In this document: positions 55,320 through 64,000 of the stretch, in pieces | Numbering within the stretch: position 1 is the first letter of the stretch | Layout: every line of letters begins with the position of its first letter | NCBI GenBank assembly: GCA_977020255.1 | Contig: CDROCS010002105.1 | Span: 248,001-312,000, forward strand | DNA: 64,000 bases | Direction of reading: 5' to 3' | From: Obrimoposthia wandeli | Taxonomy: Eukaryota | Made by a program: the position numbers and the translations under genes | Notes under the pieces: model-generated | What the model was told of the DNA's origin: nothing | Database searches by the model: none | What the model saw: the letters and a program-made list of their open reading frames with translations, nothing else

Positions 55320-56303
55320 ATGTCTAAAATGAATTACATACTTCCACTTGCATTACTCATTTCTGGTGTAGTTAATGCTGCAACAGAAAATCCGTGGTAT
55401 GCAGGTGCTCGAGTCGGTGGTACGAGTTACAGTGATTTCTCTGGTCTTGGTTCAGATCAAATTGATAAAGAGGATTGGGGTGGTGGTGTATTCTTAGGGT
55501 ATAACATTGTGCCGTGGTTTGCCGTTGAAGGTGGTTATACTTACCTTGGTGAAGCGGATATAAAAGGTACCAATGCATCAATTGAGCAGCAAGGTATTGA
55601 TCTTGTCGGTAAGTTCACCTGGAACGTAACGAACTCAATTGATTTGTTTGCTAAAGCGGGTGGTTTCTATTATTACGCTGATGGTAGCGGTCTTATTGAT
55701 GCTTCTGATGATGGTATCATTGGTACGGCAGGCGTAGGTGCTGAATACTTCTTTAATAAGAACCTATCGGCACGTCTTGAATACCAATATTATAATGATC
55801 TAGAACTTAAAGATTCAGGCATTGATGCTAGTTGGGACACACATTTCTATGGCATCAGCTTAGTGTATGGTTGGGGCGCTCCTGCACCGGTTGCAGTGGT
55901 TGAACCAGCACCTGAACCAGTACCTGTTCCAGTTATGGTTCAAGTAGAACCAATCACCGTTGCACTGCCGTTTGCGTTTGATAGCGATACGTTATCTCAG
56001 CAAGATATTGATCAGTTACAGCCTATTGCACAGCGTCTGGTTAACTTCCCAGAAACTGAGCTATTTGTTATCGGTCACACTGATAGCCGTGGTGCAGAAG
56101 CATATAACCAAAACCTATCTGAAGAACGTGCAGCAGTGGTTGCTGGTTATTTAGCTACGCATTTTGGTATTGAACCAAGCCGAATTCAGGCGCAAGGACG
56201 TGGCGAACTAGAGCCTGTTGCTGCAAATGATACTGAAGATGGTCGTGGTCAAAACCGTCGTGTAGAAGTATTTACACCTGGTTTTGAGATGGAAGGTCAG
56301 TAA
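55320..56303 (+). CDS. ompA: OmpA-family outer membrane protein
   Basis: NPWYAGARVG beta-barrel start, SARLEYQY, Pro-rich hinge (PAPEPVPVP), GHTDSRGAEAYNQNLSEERA...NRRVE peptidoglycan-binding domain. Confidence 0.92.
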   Translation: MSKMNYILPLALLISGVVNAATENPWYAGARVGGTSYSDFSGLGSDQIDKEDWGGGVFLGYNIVPWFAVEGGYTYLGEADIKGTNASIEQQGIDLVGKFTWNVTNSIDLFAKAGGFYYYADGSGLIDASDDGIIGTAGVGAEYFFNKNLSARLEYQYYNDLELKDSGIDASWDTHFYGISLVYGWGAPAPVAVVEPAPEPVPVPVMVQVEPITVALPFAFDSDTLSQQDIDQLQPIAQRLVNFPETELFVIGHTDSRGAEAYNQNLSEERAAVVAGYLATHFGIEPSRIQAQGRGELEPVAANDTEDGRGQNRRVEVFTPGFEMEGQ

Positions 56304-56385
56304 CCAATCTTTAATAGTATCTTTCTAACAATAAAAGCGCCTTAGGGTAATGCTTGCCAGTTGAACGATGCTGTTAGCCTGACAT

Positions 56386-56418
56386 AATCCGGAATCAGTT
56401 ACTGATTCCGGATTTTTT
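56386..56418. terminator. Element-borne hairpin terminator
   Basis: Perfect 13-bp stem AATCCGGAATCAG-TTA-CTGATTCCGGATT followed by Ts. Confidence 0.85.
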
Positions 56419-56470
56419 ATGCAACTGTCAGACGCTCTGCCTGCGTTTATCTTTATAGCCGTTCTGACTT

Positions 56471-57193
56471 TCAAAGTCTGGCTGAGCTTGGATTAAAGCT
56501 CCCAATCATCGGTATTGGGTTTGGGCATCCCTTCATGACATTTATAACAGTCGATTTGCTGTTAATTACAATGGGGCTGATCTCAATGGCTTTAGGGCTG
56601 GTAATACAGGCTTCTCGACATAATCCACAACCGACACAGTTCTCTTGTATGATGCTGGGTTTTTCATTCTGCCAGACTAAAGTGTCGGGGATTGGGCTGC
56701 TGCCTTTACAGGCTCCACATTCAGGTCCGGAGTAAGGTAAACATGCAGCGCTGTTGACGGTGGTTTTGGCCATAGGAGGACAATCCTTCGCATCAGGACG
56801 TTTTTTGTCTTCTGTTTCACCCGTTTTATCCTTTTCATCTATTATATTTATTGGAAATACCAGTGCTTTCTCATTACAGGCCGTTACACATGGCCAGTCA
56901 GCACAGAGGTGACAGCCCTTATTAATAATATCCATCGCTGGCGTTCCAGCAACGTCAGCACCGCGTTTCAGTGGTAACGGAAAAATGACTTGGTGTGGGC
57001 AGGCACTGATACAATCGCCGCAACGGCTGCAGTTGATTAACAAATCCAGCTCCTGCTCGGCAAAAGGAGGTCGGATCCAGCCCTTGGCTTTTTCAATCGC
57101 TTTTTGTTCGATGATATCGTTGCCAGCCTGGACCATTTTTGCAAAGCTATGTTTAAAAAAACGCCGGCGATCCATTGGATTATCTTTATTCAC
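56471..57193 (-). CDS. NapG/MauM-like 4Fe-4S ferredoxin (start probably MDRRRFF)
   Basis: IRPPFA, CSRCGDCISACP, CHLCADWPCVTAC, CVGCGLCREAC; third cluster has Ser (AGC) where a Cys is expected (CGACKGSSP). Confidence 0.85.
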   Translation of the reverse strand: MNKDNPMDRRRFFKHSFAKMVQAGNDIIEQKAIEKAKGWIRPPFAEQELDLLINCSRCGDCISACPHQVIFPLPLKRGADVAGTPAMDIINKGCHLCADWPCVTACNEKALVFPINIIDEKDKTGETEDKKRPDAKDCPPMAKTTVNSAACLPYSGPECGACKGSSPIPDTLVWQNEKPSIIQENCVGCGLCREACITSPKAIEISPIVINSKSTVINVMKGCPNPIPMIGSFNPSSARL

Positions 57194-57206
57194 GATACAG
57201 TACCTT

Positions 57207-58091
57207 CTACATTCTCATGGCCATCGGTTGTATGAGCATCCACAGATTAATGCCGGAAATTAGCACCGCAAACAACAGCATGGGCAGTAACTGTATGCCT
57301 CGGGCTGCAAATAGATGGCTTCCCCGATGACGAATGACCTGTACGGCAATAAAGAAACCAGCGGCCATTAACAGACCTTGCAAGGCGAATAACATATCTT
57401 CCGGGATCATCATTGCCATATGACGTATGTGTTTTTCCATCATGCTTAATGGTTGAGCATCAATACCCAGTGGATTGCTAAGTAATTCTGCCCAGTTACT
57501 GCTTTCACGAATAAAGTGATTCAGGTTATGGGTAATATGGTAGGAAAAGGCTAACGGCAGAGAGACAAAAGCAAAGCCGGAGAATAGTTTTTTCAAACTG
57601 ATCCCGACAGTTTCATCGCATAACTTTGACGTTAACCAGACGCTCACACCATACAATAAAATGGGCAGTAGTAAGCACACAATCAGGCCAATGGTAAAAC
57701 TCAAAAGGAGCTGGCCGCTGTCATTAATATTTTGCGCTATCTGACTGATATAGATTTGCCAGTCGTCAAGCATGGTTAAGCCGTGAAAAATGGTAAGAGC
57801 CAAAAGAATCAACATGAAGAATGCCTCATCCGTATGAGGACGGGCATCGTTGATCGCCTCGCTACTTGGTGAGCGTAGCTGCCAGCTAATATTGTGAGAG
57901 GGACAACTTTGCGTACAATTTCCGCAGGAGGTGCAATAGGTGTTTTCTTGCAAACGCCCCATGATCTGCTGGGTTGGGCAGGGGGCTATTTTCTCTGAAC
58001 CGTGATAACACTCTAATGTCTTGCGCCTAACTCGTTGACCGTGACAAAGGCTCTGCCACGGTATTGCGGTTATATTTTTTCTATCCGGCAA
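57207..58091 (-). pseudogene. 5'-truncated membrane polyferredoxin (NapH/CcoG-like 4Fe-4S binding protein)
   Basis: TLECYHG...PCP, CTSCGNCTQSCP and C-terminal TM helices are kept; the N-terminal TM part and CxxxCP motif are missing, and the first ~20 codons look like junction sequence. Confidence 0.7.
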
Positions 58092-58654
58092 GCTAGCTTT
58101 TTAAAGTCGACCTGTCCGGAAACAGGATCCCAGCAACGGTTACTGATGCCATTTGCCAGCCATTTGTTTTTCTTGGGATCGGCACTGTCTGCCACTGAAA
58201 GATTCCAAGGACCAAACATATAACCGCGCGGTACACTGTTTCGAGCGGGTTTCACTAAACTATCCGTGCCACCGACCTGTGCAGCTCTTTGTGCTTCAAC
58301 AGCGGCCGAACGGTTTGGCAGGGTTTCATGGCTGCGTAAATAGGTAACAATGGCGCTAATGTCGTCACGGTTAAGATGAGCGTAAGGGGCCATGGCAGTC
58401 CCTTTTCGACCATCACGAATTGTGGACATCAGGTATTTGTCGGAGGAAGTTGAAAGTAACTCTGGGTTGGATAAAGATGGGGAAAATCCCGGTTTGCCAA
58501 TCGCATCTGGCTGATGACAAAAAACACAGTTCTGATTATAAAGCGTTTCACCTTCTTTAATTTTTTCGCTATTTGCCGCAAAGGTAAATGAACCAAACAG
58601 CAAGTTGACACAGAAGGCCATCAAGGAGATAAAATAAGTCTTTTCCCTATTCAC
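58070..58654 (-). pseudogene. Chimeric ORF: c-type cytochrome N-terminus fused in frame to the C-terminal ~68 aa of a NapA-like molybdoenzyme
   Basis: Signal peptide + CVFCH heme motif + TAM (Met ligand), then VPRGYMFGPW...WDPVSGQVDFKKLACRIEKI, resembling the NapA end ([20 protein letters not shown]). Confidence 0.72.
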
Positions 58655-59009
58655 GATCTGCTTCTTTATGTATTTATTATATTTATTTTTAAAATAAATA
58701 TAGTAAATGTTTTGTCTTGCGCAATCTTATTGTTTTATTAGAAGTGGTTGTTGTTAAATGGAGATAGTTATTATTAAGTAAGGGGTGGTTATTTTATGAA
58801 CTGTCTAATTATAAGGTTTTTTAATTAATAACTAAGCCAGTCAGTTATATTCTCTTGTAAAAAAAGATAATCCCATATGCTTAATTATAAATTTATCAAT
58901 CAATTACAAACGATAGGTTGTTCCATGATGTTATATTTATGTTGAGATTGACTATGCTGGTAACTGATAATAGAGGGTAGACGTCTGTTTAATTTACTGA
59001 TTTTAAATT

Positions 59010-59023
59010 TTGATCTAGATCAT
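59010..59023. promoter_or_regulatory. FNR-like box
   Basis: TTGAT-CTAG-ATCAT vs TTGAT-N4-ATCAA (9/10), ~355 bp upstream of the cytochrome gene. Confidence 0.35.
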
Positions 59024-59269
59024 CTAAATGTAAACTGTTGTCTATTTGTTTATTAATGAAAGCTATTATTAAGAGTTCTTAGTATTTTTTAATTCCACCA
59101 TCAAGTTTTATTATTTATTTTTCTTTACCCCGTTGTATATTACAAAGGGTTGGAAAATACGGTTTTGTCACAAAGTTATGCTGAAGTACATCCGCTTAAT
59201 GTTAACCACAAAGCCAACCACTGCATCACCAGAGATGCAGTAAGTTGGACTGTCATGAAGTAGGGTAGA

Positions 59270-60910
59270 CTAGCCAAGTTCGAAGAATTGAACTTGTTTC
59301 AATACTTGCTTGCTAACCTGATTCATTTCATCACTGCAGCTTGCTGTTTCGGCACAAATGGTTGCTGACTTTTGAGTCAATTCTTGTACAGTATGCATGT
59401 TACCGCTGATCTCAGTCGCGACAGCACTTTGTTGCTCAGCGGCCGTGGCAATTTGCTGCGTCTGATCATTAACTTGATGAATCAAATCTAGAATGTCTTC
59501 AATCATCTGGTTACTTTCTACCACTTTCCCTTCAGCTGAAGTGGCAATTTCAGTGCTGTCAAACATCATTTTAACTGCATTTTCACAAGCTGAGCTGAGT
59601 TGATTCAGCATGGCTTCGATTTCATTTACTGATGATTGCGAACGTTGAGCAAGGGTTCTTACTTCATCGGCAACAACAGCGAATCCACGTCCTTGTTCAC
59701 CAGCTCGTGCAGCTTCAATGGCTGCATTGAGGGCAAGCAGATTTGTTTGTTCAGCAATATTACGAATCACATCGAGGATACTTTCGATTCTTGTTGATTC
59801 GTCTTTTAGCAGGCCAACGACATTGGCAGTTTCATTCAGATTACCAACCAGTTTAATAACGGCGTCTTTGGTCTGATTTGAAGAGTCGATCCCTTTGTTC
59901 GCCAGCACCGCCATGGTATCTGAAGTTTGCGCAGATTCAGAAGTATTGTCGGCAATATTCATGCTGGTGATCGTCAATTCTTCAATGGCCGTTACAACCT
60001 GTACAGTGTGATCTGACACTTCAGAAGCTGAAATTTGAATATTGTTATTGGCTTCTAGTAGTGTTTGACTGTTGGTATCGACAATCTGCGTCGAGCTATT
60101 GATAGCAGAAAGCGTATTGTTCAGGTTTTGAATTGTGGTGTTCAATGCACGGCTGAGTTCGGCTATTTCATCTTTTCCGTCAACAATACACGACACATTC
60201 AGTTTGCCTTTGGCCATTGCGTGCGCAGTATCCATTACATGCTTAATACTATTAGTAATTTTTTTTGATAAGAATTGACTAAAGATTACAGCGATGGCAA
60301 CTGAAATAATGATGGATAAATAAAAGACATAATTCGCATAACTGATTGCATTTTTGGTGTCCTTATTTGCGGTATCTGCTGCGCTATAATTCATTTTTTG
60401 AAAATCATGAAAGAATTCGTTAAGGGCGGAATATGCATCGCGGTAATTTGAGAATACAGAAAAAGGGGCTTTATTATCTGGTGCATTTTCCATTGCTTTA
60501 ATGAAAGCCGATGAATTGTTCTGGAAAGTTGTTACTACTTGTCTAAGTTTAATCGTAGTCGTTGCATCACCGGCAAAGTCTTTGGATAAGGCATTCAATA
60601 ACTGTGGAGTATCCGCCATGTTTTTATTAATGCTCGACACATAGCCATCAACCTGATTCGAAAGGTTCAACAAGTAAGCAATCTGCAATCCTCGAACATT
60701 CAACATAATCTCGGTTTGCGTATCTTTGACTTCTTCAAATAACAGTGAAACTGCGAAGTTTTGTGTATAAAACTGATTGAAATTGTTCGCAATTCGATCA
60801 TTAGCTGATTTTATAAAAAGTAATGATATAGCAAAAATGGATAAAATCACGCCAATCAAAAGATAGAACTTTGTTCTTATTGTTAAGTTATTTATGTTCA
60901 TAACAGCCAA
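59270..60910 (-). CDS. Methyl-accepting chemotaxis protein
   Basis: Two TM segments with a helical periplasmic domain, HAMP ([11 protein letters not shown]), [34 protein letters not shown]. Confidence 0.96.
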   Translation of the reverse strand: MAVMNINNLTIRTKFYLLIGVILSIFAISLLFIKSANDRIANNFNQFYTQNFAVSLLFEEVKDTQTEIMLNVRGLQIAYLLNLSNQVDGYVSSINKNMADTPQLLNALSKDFAGDATTTIKLRQVVTTFQNNSSAFIKAMENAPDNKAPFSVFSNYRDAYSALNEFFHDFQKMNYSAADTANKDTKNAISYANYVFYLSIIISVAIAVIFSQFLSKKITNSIKHVMDTAHAMAKGKLNVSCIVDGKDEIAELSRALNTTIQNLNNTLSAINSSTQIVDTNSQTLLEANNNIQISASEVSDHTVQVVTAIEELTITSMNIADNTSESAQTSDTMAVLANKGIDSSNQTKDAVIKLVGNLNETANVVGLLKDESTRIESILDVIRNIAEQTNLLALNAAIEAARAGEQGRGFAVVADEVRTLAQRSQSSVNEIEAMLNQLSSACENAVKMMFDSTEIATSAEGKVVESNQMIEDILDLIHQVNDQTQQIATAAEQQSAVATEISGNMHTVQELTQKSATICAETASCSDEMNQVSKQVLKQVQFFELG

Positions 60911-61190
60911 CTATAAAGAGTGGTTAATCCAAGAGTGAGTGGTTGAAAATTGCACTACACATATATGTTACAGCTTAAAACTGCGAGATTTGAGCGCGGT
61001 ATTCGCTAGCGGTATGCAGTTATAATGTGAGGGTATGCTCTCTTGTTGTTATAGCGGCCGTAATATTAATAACTTTAGAGATACTTTAAAGGGTAAAGCA
61101 ATGCCGCTCACGTTAAGTGAACGGCATCACGCCTTAGGGCGCTTTTAATGACGCATTAACTCAATGTTAGTCGCAAAGCTAGTCGTAATT

Positions 61191-61982
61191 TTATAACTTA
61201 CAGCTTTGTCGTTTTGTGTTCGTTGCCGGTAATTGAGCTATTTCAGCTTTTAAATCATCAATACGCGTTGAATGGGAAGGGTGAGTTGATAGTAATTCAG
61301 GAGGTTGATTTCCTCCCGATGCTTTCGCCATGTTTTGCCATAGTTCAACACTCTGGTATGGGTCAAACCCTGACTCAGCCATTAACCTTAACCCAATAAT
61401 ATCTGATTCAGATTCTTGTGCTCGTCCGTAAGGCATAAGTACGCCATATTGCACACCTAAGCCTAAACCTGCCATAGCAGCACCTTGGTATTGTGTACCG
61501 CTCATTGCAATATTGGTAAGCCCTAAACCTGCGTTTGCGAGCTGGCTACGAGATAACCGTTCATTACTATGCTGAGCCATTACATGACCGATCTCATGGC
61601 CAATAACCGTTGCTAACTGATCTTGGTTTTTAGCTACGTTAAGTAACCCAGTATAGACGCCAATTTTACCACCAGGAAGTGCAAATGCATTAACTTGGTC
61701 GCTATCAAAAACAACCACTTCCCATTGGTCAAAATCAGGCTGTGGGCCTAATTGGGTTGTGATTGCGCTTGTAACACATTGAACATATTGGTTAGTTTTA
61801 GCATCGGTGTTGATCTTCTCTTGCTTTTTCAACTCTTCAAATGACTGAGCACCAAGCTGAGACATATCATTTCCTGAAAAAAGCAAAACTTGTTGTCGGC
61901 CAGTGGGAGAGCTTGAGCACGCAGTAAGAGTAAGTGACGATGCGACTAATGCTGTTATAAACAGAGGATGCTGTAATTTCAT
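61191..61982 (-). CDS. M48-family Zn metallopeptidase lipoprotein
   Basis: Start ATG 61982 with GGAGG-like RBS; lipobox LTAC; VNAFALPGG, GHEIGH (HExxH), ESESD, LSTHP. Confidence 0.92.
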   Translation of the reverse strand: MKLQHPLFITALVASSLTLTACSSSPTGRQQVLLFSGNDMSQLGAQSFEELKKQEKINTDAKTNQYVQCVTSAITTQLGPQPDFDQWEVVVFDSDQVNAFALPGGKIGVYTGLLNVAKNQDQLATVIGHEIGHVMAQHSNERLSRSQLANAGLGLTNIAMSGTQYQGAAMAGLGLGVQYGVLMPYGRAQESESDIIGLRLMAESGFDPYQSVELWQNMAKASGGNQPPELLSTHPSHSTRIDDLKAEIAQLPATNTKRQSCKL

Positions 61983-62177
61983 ATGAATGACTCCTTCCAT
62001 TCCTTAATTATAAATTATGTATCTATTATGTCGTGACTATCTATTCAAGTACCAGATTAATTGCTCATATTTAATTGTTATTTATATGCAAATTAAATCG
62101 CTGGTGGGTGATTTGATGGATTTAAGAAGGTTAACTGGTATTCTATCTACAGAGTAGACCGAACGTTAGGTAAATTA

Positions 62178-62612
62178 ATGACAATTTGGAAGAAAGCTTT
62201 TACGCTCGACACCCTAAACCAAACATCATCGAATACACTGGTTGAACATTTGGGGATTAAATATTCATCGTTTGATGACACTAGCCTATCGGCAACGATG
62301 CCTGTGGAACCTAAAACACATCAACCGCTTGGTATGTTGCATGGTGGGGCATCGGTGGTATTAGCTGAAACATTAGGCTCAATTGCTGCAAATATGTGTG
62401 TTGATGAGAAGAAATATTGTGTTGGCTTAGATATTAATGCCAATCACATTCGCGCTATGCGAACAGGCAATGTGACGGGAAAAGCCACACCACTTCATAT
62501 TGGTATTACAACGCAAGTGTGGCAAATTGAAATTAGTGACGAAAGAGAGCGACTTGTTTGTACTAGTCGAATTACTATGGCAGTTATGCAACATAAAAAG
62601 AAAGAAAAATAA
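62178..62612 (+). CDS. menI: Hotdog-fold thioesterase (MenI/YdiI-like)
   Basis: HQPLGMLHGGASVVLAETLGS, GLDINANHIRA. Confidence 0.8.
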   Translation: MTIWKKAFTLDTLNQTSSNTLVEHLGIKYSSFDDTSLSATMPVEPKTHQPLGMLHGGASVVLAETLGSIAANMCVDEKKYCVGLDINANHIRAMRTGNVTGKATPLHIGITTQVWQIEISDERERLVCTSRITMAVMQHKKKEK

Positions 62613-62849
62613 ATGTTAATGACATTTTCTGAAGGTAAAATCATAGCCAATCAACATGAGCTTGTTATACGTATTGAAAGCGCTGCAAAAGTGACACTGC
62701 AAGCGCAAGTTGATGAAGTTACACTGATTGGCGGTGCAAATGTAATAACAGCGACAGGAAGTGGTATAAATTGGTCTGTACGGTTAGACAATGAAGAGCA
62801 GTTAAAGGAATTGTCTAACGAAATTGGAATCGCTATACAAAAATATTAA
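62613..62849 (+). CDS. DUF3389-like small protein
   Basis: FSEGKIIANQHELVIR...LQAQVDEVTLIGGANVITATGS. Confidence 0.7.
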   Translation: MLMTFSEGKIIANQHELVIRIESAAKVTLQAQVDEVTLIGGANVITATGSGINWSVRLDNEEQLKELSNEIGIAIQKY

Positions 62850-62874
62850 TGTCGTTATATAAGCAGCTATATAG

Positions 62875-62897
62875 AAAGAGGTATTATTTACCTCTTT
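62875..62897. terminator. Short hairpin after the thioesterase operon
   Basis: AAAGAGGTA-TTATT-TACCTCTTT. Confidence 0.55.
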
Positions 62898-63186
62898 AAA
62901 ATCACTCCACCGGCACCGCCGCCAGTGACGATTTGAAAACATCCGCTTTTAACCCTATGAAATTTTAGGTACAAGATTCGCTTTCGCCCAACACGTAGTC
63001 GAATCTTTCGTTCTTGCTTGAATGAAATTATTTATTTTTAATAAATCACTAGTATTGCTATGCATTTTATTGCACTCTTATTGATGTCAATGAATTAAAA
63101 ATATAATAGATTAATATTTTATTCTTAAGTGGAATAATAAGTATTTAAAGTTGCCAGTAATGCTAGGTTAGTATAAGGATATTATA

Positions 63187-64000
63187 ATGAATAAGCCCCA
63201 ACTACAGCGAATTGCTGAAAGCGCTTATCAAGCTATGTTTAGTCAAAGGCCTGAAGTGAGTAATATTCAAGAAACATTCTATGGTTGGGTTGTCTTCCTT
63301 ATTTCATCTAAAGGAAGAGTTGTTGTGAAATTTTCTCGTGAAATTGGACGGATAGAGAAAGAGGTAACAGGTCTAGCATTATTGAAAAAGAAAGTGACTT
63401 GTCCTGTGCCTGAAGTGTATTTTTTTGGTCGTTCAGAAGGCCACGATTACATGCTGATGGAATGGCTAGAAGGCATATCTGCTTATGAATTACCCGATAA
63501 CCCCAAAGCAATAGAAACGTTCCGAGAAGATTACACAAACATATTAATTGCATTGCATGAACACACTGACTCCCGAGGATTTGAAGCGACACCTGAACAG
63601 TTTGAACCTTCTTTAATCGATGCTTTTGATAAGTGGATGTATCCTGTTTTAAGGTATGTATTAAGTTCTTGTTCACCGTTTTCCCGTGAATTAAAAGATG
63701 CGTACGCGCTATTGTGGGAGAAAAAAACAGAAATATTAATGCCCATCAATAATCAGTCCTCTTTTGTTCATGATGATTGTCACATTGCTAATGTGCTTTT
63801 TGATCCCAAAACATACAAAATTTCGGGGTTACTCGATCCTTGCGATGTCGGCTTTAAACATAAAGAATTTGATATTTTTCATTTGTTTGATGTAAGAGAA
63901 GATTTGAAATTAGTTGATCGCTACCATGAAAAATCTCCATTAATTGAAGGGATTGAAGTTAGAAGATATTTTTTAGGATTGTGGGAAGACGCCAAACATA
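63187..64000 (+). CDS. Aminoglycoside phosphotransferase/choline-kinase-like protein, 3'-truncated by window edge
   Basis: Not in ORF track; MNKPQLQRIAE...VVVKFS...PVPEVY...MLMEWLEG...FVHDDCHIANVLFD...LLDPCD (HxDxxxxN catalytic loop), open to the end. Confidence 0.85.
   Translation, partial: MNKPQLQRIAESAYQAMFSQRPEVSNIQETFYGWVVFLISSKGRVVVKFSREIGRIEKEVTGLALLKKKVTCPVPEVYFFGRSEGHDYMLMEWLEGISAYELPDNPKAIETFREDYTNILIALHEHTDSRGFEATPEQFEPSLIDAFDKWMYPVLRYVLSSCSPFSRELKDAYALLWEKKTEILMPINNQSSFVHDDCHIANVLFDPKTYKISGLLDPCDVGFKHKEFDIFHLFDVREDLKLVDRYHEKSPLIEGIEVRRYFLGLWEDAKH

Larger units (their letters stand above)
56348..61129. mobile_element. 4,782-bp cargo-carrying element with IS4-like ends and a 10-bp target duplication, no intact transposase
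   Basis: CGCCTTAGGG at 56338-56347 and 61130-61139; left end TAATGCTTGCCAGTTGAACG, right end (reverse complement) TGATGCCGTTCACTTAACG; removing the segment restores AAAAGCGCC-TTAG-GGCGCTTTT. Confidence 0.8.

Noticed and set aside
60960-61080. Possible extra transposase remnant (CEI-ERGIR resembling WEIELGYR)
   Set aside because: Needs frameshifts and is too degenerate to call by eye; used only as weak support, and needs TBLASTN.
62898-63020. GC-rich patch and weak hairpin (AGATTCG...CGAATCT) as possible sRNA or riboswitch
   Set aside because: No recognisable family motif; cannot be supported without an Rfam search.
63308-63749. Minus-strand ORFs 63308-63676 and 63531-63749
   Set aside because: Antisense to the APH-family kinase read on the plus strand.

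Overview
AT-rich Vibrionaceae-type chromosomal window (Photobacterium-like by gene content; this is inference). Left third: a partial HlyD-family type I secretion adaptor on the minus strand, divergent from a ~21.8 kb LapA/BpfA-like RTX adhesin gene (retention module, ~16 tandem ~303-aa units, RTX/T1SS C-terminus) that is broken by two clusters of small deletions. An eroded IS4-family element sits inside that gene's terminator. Middle: astB, a lipoprotein + LruC/DUF4842 pair, an MshA-like pilin, MarC, VOC, OYE reductase/LysR, and a complete co-oriented curli locus (csgDEFG, then csgB-csgA-csgH/C-like) whose major curlin lacks half of the canonical Gln ladder. Right: mostly housekeeping genes (phospho-sugar mutase, mrcB, gabD, mog, ompA-like, GGDEF-EAL) with short ERIC/MITE-like remnants between them. 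The best structural discovery is a 4,782-bp segment (56348-61129) with IS4-like ends, flanked by an exact 10-bp direct repeat (CGCCTTAGGG) inside the ompA terminator. It has no intact transposase and carries an intact chemoreceptor plus a deletion-collapsed NapA-like respiratory operon, including an in-frame cytochrome c::molybdoenzyme-tail chimera. No rRNA, tRNA or CRISPR array was recognised.
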